DNA of 59,845 bases, filler included. It is 5 parts of 5 records of this genome, joined end to end, with 100 filler letters (N's around TTAATTAATTAA, not from the genome) between each part and the next. Parts side by side here need not be neighbours in the genome. Positions count along the whole stretch, not along the records: positions 42,650 to 52,848 come from SRR2962707_1063; positions 52,949 to 59,845 come from SRR2962707_1074; 3 more parts are not named here. One strand, 5' to 3'. The translations under genes were made by a program, and so were the position numbers. The notes under the pieces are model-generated. The model was not told the origin of the DNA, did no database searches, and saw only the letters and a list, made by a program, of their open reading frames with translations. Positions 42,874 through 53,529 of this stretch are shown one piece after another (the stretch's first letter is position 1; the number at the start of each line of letters is the position of its first letter).

Positions 42874-45800
42874 ATGAACCAAGAAGGTGACAGTGATTTG
42901 GCTCACTCACCGTCTCCATTGTCGTCATTCTCAACTCCAGCCTCAGTACCGACAACTGACACCCAGCCAGCGAGAAAGTCACGCGACGCCAAGTATGGAA
43001 GTCTGCAACTGGTGCCGGCTCATGCAGCCCCGCGTGTGGGCGGGGGAGTCAAAGAAGTTGCAACTGGGGAAGAGGTCGGACGAGGGGTTTTGTTCGAGCT
43101 TGGCGACGTGGACGTCATTGCGCCCACGCAGAGCGTGAAGGAACTGTTCAAAATCCCATACTCTGACCGCCCCGTCTCTCAAATTGTGTACAGGCTGGGC
43201 GAGACACTGCTCTTGGACTCTGTAGATCCCGCCACGGCAGGGCTGTCACCACACTCTGTGTTCCACAGCGATCTCGCCGGGAGTAACAGTAACAGCAACA
43301 GCAACAACAACAGCAATGACAACGCAACTAGTCGCAACAAAGGTGTCTCTGATGTGGAACGTCATTCCCGTGCACCAGTATTTCATGCCTACGACTGGAA
43401 TGCTGTAGCTGCTGCAGCGACACCAATGCTGTTGGATGCGGCTTTGCCAGATAGTTCCAGCAAATCGAGAAGTGCTCAACTGCAAGAACGACATACTGCA
43501 TTGCAGCCTTTCGGCAAGGCTACGCAACCCGTCTCGTACGCAGATGTCGCCCGTGGACGGGCCGGCCCGCTCGCGAATGACTCCACGACTGTTCCTCCGG
43601 CTCCCGCAATCAATAGTGTTGACGCCAGTTCAGTTTTTGACTCAAAATTGGAGGGTTCAGCACAAACTGCGCTTGTGCCGATCGCAAGTTCTCCATCTCG
43701 GTTTTCCGCGAAGAATTTGCTTGCGCAGCTCGCAAAGTTTGACGGATTTGTAGCTTCTTCAAGCCCACTCGAATCTCAGGAATCAGCAGATGCTTCACCC
43801 AATCGACGATCAATGGGAACACCGTTCGCTGCGGCTTCCACATCAAAGGCCCAGGATACGACGCCCCGCCCATCTTTCGCCTCACTGCCGACAGCTCCTT
43901 CGAGCCTTGCGTTGGCCCCTTTTCGACAGGTGGTCGAGTGGGGTTTCAACGGACGCCACATGGTTCTTGGGTCAAATCTTCACGTTCTCCAAGGAACCCT
44001 TCGTCAACTGTACCAGCAGCAAGCGCGGCACGAGACGAAGTCAGACTGTTCCAATGACAACAGCAAAGAAGGTGCCCACTCCCACCTCGATCCAGACGCC
44101 GTGACGACTGTAGCAGTTGCTTTCCGTGACGTAAACGGCGCTCCAGTTGCTGCAGCTGAAGGGCTAGATCTTTACCTTGATGCCAAAATGGCTGACGTTG
44201 CGCATGTGGCGTTGTGCTATCACGATCAAGGTCGTGTTTGTAGCTACCGTATCATGGCAATTGAGGATGTCCCACGCCTCTTTTCGGAGGGTCCGCTGCT
44301 CGCCGGGGACTTGTCATCACCGCCAAGAGCTGATTCTCACGAAACTGCTGGTAGTGTCGAAAGGGTATTGAACGAGCAAAGTCCCGGCAGCACAGCGACC
44401 AAAAAGTCACGTGCACTACCCCAGCCTCATGCATTGGCGGCGGGCACCAACGCCGACACAAATTTACAGCAACTCCCGAATCAGCAGGACGTGGTCCACG
44501 AGCCTCATGGTGCACAGTCGCGTCGAGCGCCATCACCACACCAACCTAAAACCGGGTCCACCTGCAAACACGGGGATGACTCCAGTTCGGCCGCTACCAC
44601 CGGGAGTGTACCGTCGTCATCCCCCTCGGCCTCCGCAGATAACGGCACACCGTTTTTGTTTTCTACCGATGTTGTGGAGCGCAATGGTGAGACTATTTTA
44701 CGATTCTTGTCCGAGCACACGTCTAGCTTTTCCTTGCCAAACGACGGGTGCAGCAACGACGGTGCACACCCTACAAAGGGTGCTCGGTCGTCGTCGAGCA
44801 ATTCTGGTGGCGTTGGCGGATACTGGCTGTATCGGGAAGGTGGGACAGGCCCCGTTCGCCTTTATGACTTGGCAGCCGTGGCGCCAGCGTCGGTCCAGCG
44901 GGGTTGGAAGTAAGTTTTGCAATTGTGTGGTTTCCTTGGACATTTTTTCAGTCGCATCAGTGTTGTGTGATAATTTTTTTTTTTATTAAATGGCGTCCGG
45001 CATTCTATTTTTTTCTTCAAAATTGATGTTCTTGAAGGTACACCATGGCTATGATGTGCTACCGCTACGCTATGAAATGCAGGGCACCAGAAAAACTGTA
45101 TCAGAACTGGACATCGCGGCACGCTGCGCCTTCAAATAACTTGTGGGCATTCATATCGCCAACACGCCAGAGACTGCTTTCAAAGTGTCTTGACCTGCTG
45201 GATGAACTTAGTGCGGACGCGGAGGCAAATTACACTGGTCACGTTGGGGGTAGCGACGCACGAAGTTCACACTTTGTCGCCTCTGACTTGTCCACGACAG
45301 TAGAGTTGAAAAAGTATGCAACAATAAAGGCATCAGTTCAGGAGCAGCTGGCGGACGTGCGAGTAGCGGAGGTACTAGCAACAGGGGTCAATGCTCGGAT
45401 TTCCCGGCCTCAGACATTGCTAAATCAGGCACGCGAGGGGCAGTCTGCCACAACGGGCGACGCTCAAACTCGCACAGCATCGACGGCAATGAGTACGAAA
45501 ATGTTGACAAATGCGCAAGGCACACTACATCAAGGGTGTATACAGCAGGAAGTGCGCGCGGTCGCTGGCGGCAGCAACGTTGGTCTTCCTCCGCAAAAAT
45601 TTGAAGCAGCCTCAGTGTCAGTTTCCGGTGGAGGCAAGGTGGGAAGCCCTACTGAGTCCAAGGTTGGCACGACGTGGGATGATCGTGTGTGTGGGCTTGA
45701 GAGTGCGGCGCAGCATCTAATGGAAGCCATTTCCATGCTGCGCTCGACTGCGTCATCGTTCCGTTTAGCCTCCCAGCTCTCGTGCTACCGCGCAAAACTC

Positions 45801-48800
45801 GCCGATTGTTATCTTCTGCTTGCAGTGGAGCTGCAAGGTGTACGTGAACACACTGGTGGTCCTCAGCATGCGGCTTCGACTTTGAACGGGCAGAGGCAGC
45901 CAAACACTGTCGGCGATGCTGTTGGTGTCAGCACGAGCACTTCGTCACTTGCATCTTCGCCTCCCACACCAATTTCGCGAAACGAAAGTGAATCGCGCCA
46001 AGGTGGTGCAACAACTGTGGATGGTTCCCTCGGAATCTCAGGTACAGTTCCTGACTATCACCTTTCACAATTGCACGGGGGAATTGCGTGCCTTGAACGA
46101 TCCTTGCGGGAACGACGCAAGATGCGAGAGCTTTTGGTTGAGCAAGGAGGCAAGGTTTCTTCAATATTCGCCGCTCGTGACGAGCTCGAATTTAATAGTC
46201 ACTTTTTGCGTGTGGTTCGTTGCGTCTGTGCATGGGCACGCAGTGCATGAGGTGGCAAAAGGCGAACCTTTTGGTGTGAGAAAGTTGATTTCTCACAGCA
46301 TTTTGTGTGTCGTTGCCATTTCACTTGTGCTCTAGGCCGGAGAGCTGATCTTCAAGCTTGCTGCCCGTGCGTCATCTGGCGTTCTGGACACCGTGTTGCT
46401 AAGGTCGCGGTCACATTCATCCTTTCCGAACGTCCCGACAGCACAAACAGGTCTTCACTCGCCTCAAGCAGCAAACTCCGTTTTGCCGCCAACTTGCGTG
46501 TCCAACTCACAGCTGTGGGCTCAATTTGAGAGTTTAAATCGCATGTTGGACGATATGATCCCCAGTAGCCTTACAGAAGGAGCACCAGTGGAAAGTTTAG
46601 AAAAGGTGCTGTCCATTACAGCTGGAATGAGGTCTCAGACTGCTGGTGCCGGTGGCAAAGCAGGAGACACTGGCAGCGACCAACTTCCAACGAAAGACGC
46701 TCATCCACTTCTCCAACGCTTTAGGACCATTGATGTCCTTCTCCAGAGAAGCATCAGCTGCTTTGCAGCATCGTCACATTGGCACCAGGAACATGTGAAA
46801 GCGTCAGACAGCAAAAAGCTACCAAAACAAACCAAAGGACCGTCCAAACCTCGTGTGACACAGCGCTCTGTCACCGATGCCATTGGGACTGAAAGGCAAA
46901 CACCCCACGACGCACGCGCTGATGAAGACATGGATGCTGATGATGAAGGTGTCACCCTTCAGAAAAAGCTGGCCTTCACTTGGAATGAGCGTGCTCGGTT
47001 TCAGGTGCGTCGTGCAGTCGGGTGATTGTGGAAATGCTTTGACCACCACTGGCAACTGTCAGGGGCTGTTGTTCTTTTGGAATGCAAGTCTGGGAAACTG
47101 TCTTAGTAAAAGTGCCGGTCTGCCATTTGCTAATTTGTGAACGCCGATTGATTCCATGGCGTCATTGTAGCTCGAATTAGGACGTTTCGCAGACGCAGTG
47201 CGTGCGTTCACCCGCGCTGCAGAGCTTTTTGAAGCTGTTGGCGATGCGCCAAACTTGGCGCTTGCGTACTGTAACCTCGCACATTGCTTTAAAACGATGG
47301 CAACAACTCCATCCCCAACAAACGAAGCCAAGGGCAAGAGTAAAGGCCCACTCGCCACTACGACATCGAGCGACACATTGACGTTGCAACAGCGAACCCA
47401 GTATGAAAGCGCTGTAGAATTTTGCCATCGGGGTTTGAGAGTGCTTGCAGCCAACGCAACTGTGCACGCCGCGATGAAGCCTATCATCAACCATAAAGCT
47501 GCCTCACTTGAGAGTCAACGACATAAAACCGACACGCTGCGTCGTTCTGCCAACGAGGATGAAGTGTCATCTGCAAACCACGCAGAGTACACGACTATGG
47601 TGCAGGTGCGGCGGCGCTTGCGAGAGCAGGAGGCCATGGTTTGCCTCATTCATGGAGTTCGCCTTGGGAGACAGTGCTCCGAGGCACCGCTGGAGCGGCG
47701 CCTCCAGTTTCCGAAGTGGTGTGGACGTGGAGCCGAGATGAAGGCTGTGCAGCTGCTCCAAACTGCTCTTGATTTATTTGTGGCGATGGCACGTGAAGAT
47801 CGTGGAGAATCACTTGCTGATGTTCTCCCCAAAGCCAAAGTTTGTGGAAATCATCGCTCAGGTTCAAAATCCAGCAATTTGCATGATGGCCGTAAACATC
47901 AAAGAAGACCGTCCAAAGAGTCTGCTGGCAACAACAGCAACTCAACGTCCAGCATCTCAACAATTCCTGTACGCTCCAAGCAGATTGCATCGGCGCACTT
48001 TCAGCTGGCACTTTTGTATCGTCAGCTGTTTCACCGCGATACCCGAACAGATGGAGACGGCCTGCCGCTGAAGACACCTCCCGCCGACTTGTCGAAAAAG
48101 CTTCGTCACCAACTTCAGCAACAACGGACAATGCCGTTGCGCTTGATGTATCAAAACGCGCTGGCTCATCATCGCCATTCCTTGGGTTTCTTCGTTGAGC
48201 TCCACCAGCAATGGCGTTCCAAGTTAGCATGGCGTCATGACAGGGCTATCGCACTCAATCCAGATCATTCGATGTTATTTCTTCTGCACCGCGATTCTGC
48301 GGCCTTGCATCTTGCAGCTGCCAATCATGTCACGAGCAGCGATGACACAAAAGCGCGGGGTAGCTTCACCGACGCCGACACCCCCAACGCTAGCGTGGCT
48401 ATGGCTTTTTTTGTCCGGGCGCTCGATGAGCTGGCTGCAACGGCCAAGTACTTTGAAGACTGCTTTGTTTTGGATGACTCGAAATTGTGCTTGCGCGGCG
48501 GCTCCCCAAGCATAAACACTTTGTACACGCAGTTGGAGAGTGTTTGGCGTCTTTTGTTGTTTGTTTTACGTAGTGTGGTCAAAGTGGCATCGACTGGGCC
48601 AATACGTTTAGTGTCAGCGGAACAAGCTGCTTCTTTCAGGTCCATTTACCTAACAGCATTGCAAAACCAATGCAGTGGCAATCAATGTGGCAGCAACGGT
48701 GAATCCATCGCCAGCATTGCTGCGTTGCGGCGCGCCGTGTTGGCACTTCAAGCAATTGGGAATCAAATTGCCACAATCAATGTTTCAACCAAGACACGAT

Positions 48801-48802
48801 AA
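42874..48802 (+). CDS. EDRF1-like protein (erythroid differentiation-related factor 1 family), 4 exons, ~1837 aa, C-terminal TPR-like helices
   Basis: Exons 42874-44909, 45038-46214, 46336-47004 and 47171-48802; GT-AG introns keep frame. Blocks DVIAPTQSVKELFKIPYS...VYRLGETLLLD, GLDLYLD...VALCYHDQGRV, ILRFL and YWLYRE...VRLYDL match EDRF1 conserved blocks as I recall them. Confidence 0.8.
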
Positions 48803-48995
48803 TGTTTATTTTTTTATTGTTGTCCATCGGCTGGACTACCCCCCGAGATTGCCACAATACACGTTTCAGCGTAGACACGGCAACGTGCATTTTGTGGCTT
48901 GGCACACCAAGGTTTATTCACGGGGCTTGGGTTGTGATTTTGCGGGCGCGATGGCCTCTTTGTACAGCGACCGCCGCTTCGGCAAAGGACGCCGT

Positions 48996-51900
48996 TCAGA
49001 GCCGTACCAACTTTCGGCGGCGGTGTGAAGACGCTCGAACTGTTCTATTGAAATGTTCACGGCTTGTATAAATTCTTCGCGACATGAAGGCACCCTGCGC
49101 AAGGCGAGAATCAAGCCTCCGCCAGTCGGATGCAAGTCTGCAAACGTAAGTCCAGCCCGTACGAGGCGTGGCAAAAAGTCTAGATACACCAGAAACAAAC
49201 CGCACATTATCCATGAACATGGTGAAAAGCATGCTGATAGCCGCGCCAAGCATCTCTTCACCTTCGTCTGCTTCACGAATAAATCCGGGGCAGTACCTGT
49301 CGAGCCACTCGACAGTCAGCCTTTCAAAAGGAGACACGTAGCGAATATCCTGACATACTGCAAGGGCCCTGAGATCCAGTCCTGCATACTTCGCACGCAG
49401 CCGTTGCAGTGCCGTCTTCACCACACACACACAAAGTTCAGAGTGGACGCCAGGACATGCTTCCATCCAGTTCACTGCTGGCACTGGGAACTCACAGGCA
49501 CGTACCATTGCGCACTCTTCGTCAAACTCGTTAAGTCCTTTCACCCACTTCATTGTCACATCCTCCAGCCGCACACCTGTTCGGTGAAAAAACAAAAGCT
49601 GCACTAACGCATGAGCTTCTGTTGGTTTGTAGTGGCCCGACTTGTTCGTTATAACGCTCAACTTCCCGCGAACGACTTGCAATTCCCCAGCAAAGCTAAC
49701 TTTCTGTCCTGCGAGAAAGCTGGAATGGTGGAACTTGGGCAACGAAGCATATCACGCGCACACGCAAGGCATACATAAAATAGCCTTCGGAGTAGAACCA
49801 AAAAACAAATGTCGCTTCACACCAGCAAGCGCAGCAATGAATGCATTCAAGCCGACTTACATGGCCAACTTTGTGGCTGTATGCATACAACTCATCTTCC
49901 GCTCTCGCTGTGTTATTGGCGTCATCAAAATCACATTCTTCGCTGCAGGCGTCTCTGAACACATGAATACCATACCCTGGTCCGCTACAATTCGAAAAGA
50001 GTTTGCCTGTATCAAATAGGAGACGCTGTCTGGATTTGTTGCACGATGGAGACGAAACACAATCGAAGTCGTTGTAGACCAGAAAAAGCCCATCTTCGAT
50101 GTGCACGCGGTATGGAGCACGCTCAGCAGCAGTGTCTAGATACTGCACTTGTGTTTGCACTGCGGTATCGCTCAGCTTGTGATGTAGCAGTTTTTCGAAC
50201 AAAGTTGGGTCGGAACCGTACAATCGAGCCAAACGTGCCTGTGTCATATATGGGTTCAAGCCCACGTATCTGTACCAAAGGGCAGGACAATTCACAAAAA
50301 TGATTCTGACGCTAGGAGTAGTGGACATAAGGCTGGAGCGTAGTGCTAGTGATTGTGACATATCAATGATCAATCGCAACACACCTTGGGAAACTAAGAC
50401 GCATATGCACTGGCATGCCTAGCTGTTTTGTGTAGTATTCTTCGACGTAGAACTCCCAGTGACGTTGCATCGCCGCAACATCAGCAAGGTGAAACGGCAG
50501 CAGTCGTTCAAACAGATACTTGACGTCAAGGCTTGCGCCATCGCCCGGTGCACCGGGACCGTCAGAACTTTCTGCGCGGTCGAGCGTAATTCCTGAGCTG
50601 TCAGAGAGGCTGGACGGGGAACGAACCTTTGCCGATGGCGCTGCCGCGTCGGCGGCCGATAGCAACTCCAATGGCACTGACGGGTCAGCTAAGTCTGCAA
50701 TGTTGCGAATTAGCGGGGGGGGCTCGCCCTCAATAACAAAGCACTGTGAAGTGTCGTTCGAAGGCCGTGATGCGCAGGGCCCTGTCTCAACACTGTTCGA
50801 GGATTTCGGTTGATGTTGCAATGCGAGAGGCTTTGTTCTATGCATGCATTTTCCTTGCTGCGCGTACGCGCCCTGGACTTTCAGAAAAAACTTGGTCACT
50901 GACATTTGAGCTTCACTTGCTTCAACTTTGGCCAACATATGCAGCTGATTGCGAACTGTGGCTCGAATATCTCGAAAGTATGTGCGAAGGCCTTTTGGTT
51001 GATTGACGATGGCAGGTGAGTCAGCCATCGACTGGTTTTTACCAGAACCATTGTCTCCACAGTCATGAACGAATTTTGCTTTCATTCCCGCCGCCATCAC
51101 TGATGGATACTTGTCAACAAGACCCCATATCCGGCGGAGTAAAATTCGCCTCAAATCCAGGGGAGCATTGAGGCGCATGTCTTCGAGTTCTTGCATGGCA
51201 GCAGCTGCTTCAAGTAGGATGATATCCAGACGCTACGAACAACACACATGGAGCGCAAAAACCACTTTCCATCAATTGAGATGCACTGGAAGACCACACA
51301 AGTGCAGACGCCCCGTAGTGTATGAAGCCCCGCAGTGTACATTGCACACCACTAATGCGATGAGATGAGTAAGGATGAGCTGACATGGAGAGAATCATGA
51401 AATTGAAACAGGCATGGAACATACCACGCTGAGCAACACAAACTCGACGTCCGCATCAAACTGTGAGATTGCGTCATGAGTGAGCTGTTGCGTTAAAAAC
51501 TTGCGAATATTCGTGTCTTTCAGCAGTCGCGTGAGGTGATTTTCGAGCTGTTTGGACAACGTGTGCACAGTCAGGGCGCTGTCGTTGTAGCCGTCGATTC
51601 CGGGCAAAATGTGGCTTCGTTCGTCTCGCAAATAGTTAATGCTCTCAACATCCGCTACAAGGCCAACTCCCAAGGCCCGAACAAACGAGACGACCTACAA
51701 TGTTACCCCAGACACGAAAACGAATCGTCGGGTTTTCTCCTCCATTGAACCCGGCACTCAAGTGCAGTCATATCACGACCATAAAAATCAATTGTTGCAA
51801 GGAAACGGTGGCACACACCTTCAGCCGCGAAAGCGAAGGAACTTCAAGATGCCGAGCCAGCGCGTGCAGTTGTGCACTCGACAAGGACGGAAAGTAGAAC

Positions 51901-52685
51901 GAGTCGAAACTCGTGAACGACAGACGACTTGACAATTGAGCTTGCGAGATAATATCACCGATCTCGACACAGCTCGACGAGCAATCTTCGCCGCCCGCCT
52001 CCTCCTCCTCCCTCTCCTCGCCTGCGTCGCTGCAGCCTTTGTGCCCACTCAACTGGCTGGACGCACCAGGCTCACAGTCATTGGCAGCTTCCCCATTCGA
52101 GTCGCCGTTCGCGTGTTGTTGTTGTTGCTGCTGCTGCCCCTTGCTCCCGGCATTTGTGGGTGTTCGTGGAGTGGCAGTCGCTGCCAGCACCTGCGCCTGC
52201 GTCCGCGGGGGAGATGGCGCTTCAACATGCCATCGCTGGCGCTGGCTAACGGTCGCGTTGATGGCTGATATGCTAGACTCGACATCTCTGCGGTGCTTTT
52301 CCAGCCCCGCGAGCAAGCTCACAACTTGCAGGGGCGCTGAGTCTCCAGCAACTCCCCACTCTTTTGGCGTCTTGCACCTCAGGCGCACGTGCTCGAAGCA
52401 CTTTACAGAGCCTGCCTCCACCCCGTACTCAGCGAGAGCCTGCAGGCACAAGCGGACGAACTCTTCAACTTGCTCCGCAGAGTCGCCACCGCCGCCTGCT
52501 TTTCCGCTTTGCACGGCGTTGGTGTCGTTCGCTGCTCCTTGTTCCTGTGGCAGTTGCTCGTCCTGCTGTTCAGAAGGAGTGTGAGGGAGGAGCAGGTCCC
52601 GAAGGTGCTGCTCCGGAGTGTTCGTGGCGATGTTTCGCAACATGGTCATCGCTTCTTCCACTTTGTCATCGAGGGACATCATCAT
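48996..52685 (-). CDS. Multi-exon eukaryotic protein (~1000 aa) with an IQM-core-like HSSFLAG...SGHYKP domain
   Basis: Exons 52685-51819, 51694-51425, 51232-50385, 50269-49861 and 49733 onward, all frame-preserving. Probable further in-frame intron at 49505-49416; the 3' end is uncertain. Spliced motif: QYLDTAAERAPYRVHIEDG...LYAYSHKVGH|FHHSSFLAGQKVSFAGELQVVRGKLSVITNKSGHYKPT. Confidence 0.7.
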
Positions 52686-52825
52686 TGTTCCCCGGTCGAC
52701 TTTCTTTTGTTGTTGTGCTTTTCTCAGCGTTTATCAAACACCATCGCGTCGCCTCTGCAGTGAAACAGTGAAAGTTGGCAAACAAAACTGCGTGCACAAC
52801 ACAGTTCCAGCTTTTCTGTTTTCTT

Positions 52826-52848
52826 TTCTTCTTCTTCTTCTTCTTCTT
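52826..52848. repeat. (CTT)n microsatellite at contig edge
   Basis: ttcttcttcttcttcttcttctt. Confidence 0.8.
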
Positions 52849-52948
52849 NNNNNNNNNNNNNNNNNNNNNNNNNNNNNNNNNNNNNNNNNNNNTTAATTAA
52901 TTAANNNNNNNNNNNNNNNNNNNNNNNNNNNNNNNNNNNNNNNNNNNN
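52849..52948. other. Artificial contig spacer
   Basis: N44-TTAATTAATTAA-N44. Confidence 0.98.
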
Positions 52949-53045
52949 TGTGTTTGTGTCTGTGTCTGTGTCTGTGTCTGGGCCTGTGTCTGTGTCTGTG
53001 TCTGTGTCTTGTTCGACTTTTTGACTTGTCTGTCTGCCTGTCTGT
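52949..53045. repeat. (TCTGTG)n hexamer and (TCTG)n microsatellites at contig edge
   Basis: tgtgtctgtgtctgtgtctgtgtctg...gtctgtctgcctgtctg. Confidence 0.8.
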
Positions 53046-53529
53046 GATGTCTGTCGGTGTGCGTTGTGCACAGAGGTTGCCTCTGTTTGTGTCTGTCCGT
53101 CGCCGCTTTTTTCAGCGCGCTGTGAGTTCGGTGCCCTTGGAGCGCAGACGGCTCTCGTTTTCATTTTCTGTTTTCTTTTTTGTTTCCTGTTTTTCTGTCT
53201 GAAGCCGGCTTCGAAGAGGGTTAAAGCTTGTGTTTCGTTGTTTGTGTTTTGCTTCTTCTCGGTGGAAGGAGGTGGTGCTTCCTTGTGGTTGATTTTCTCG
53301 TTCGCAAGTGAGTGAATGAGTGTGAGTGAGTGAGCGCTTCTTGGCAGGCTGCCGTGCAGTGCGAGGTGAGGGTGATGGTATTGGCGTGAGAGAGCGAGTT
53401 TCTCAAAAAGCGAACTGACTTTCGGACGTTCGTTCGTTTGCGCGCTCGAGAGAACTGTGTGAGCGCGTGTGGCTTCCTGTCAGCAGTTTCTGCTTTTGCT
53501 CGTTGCAGCAGCACGAGAGAAAGCGAAGG

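Noticed and set aside
43283-43325. AAC/AGC-rich tandem repeat
   Set aside because: Encodes an Asn/Ser low-complexity tract inside the EDRF1-like exon; not an independent element.
44911-45044. Stops and frame changes between consecutive eukaryotic ORFs read as pseudogenes or an alternative genetic code
   Set aside because: Each break is explained by a short GT-AG intron that restores the frame under the standard code.
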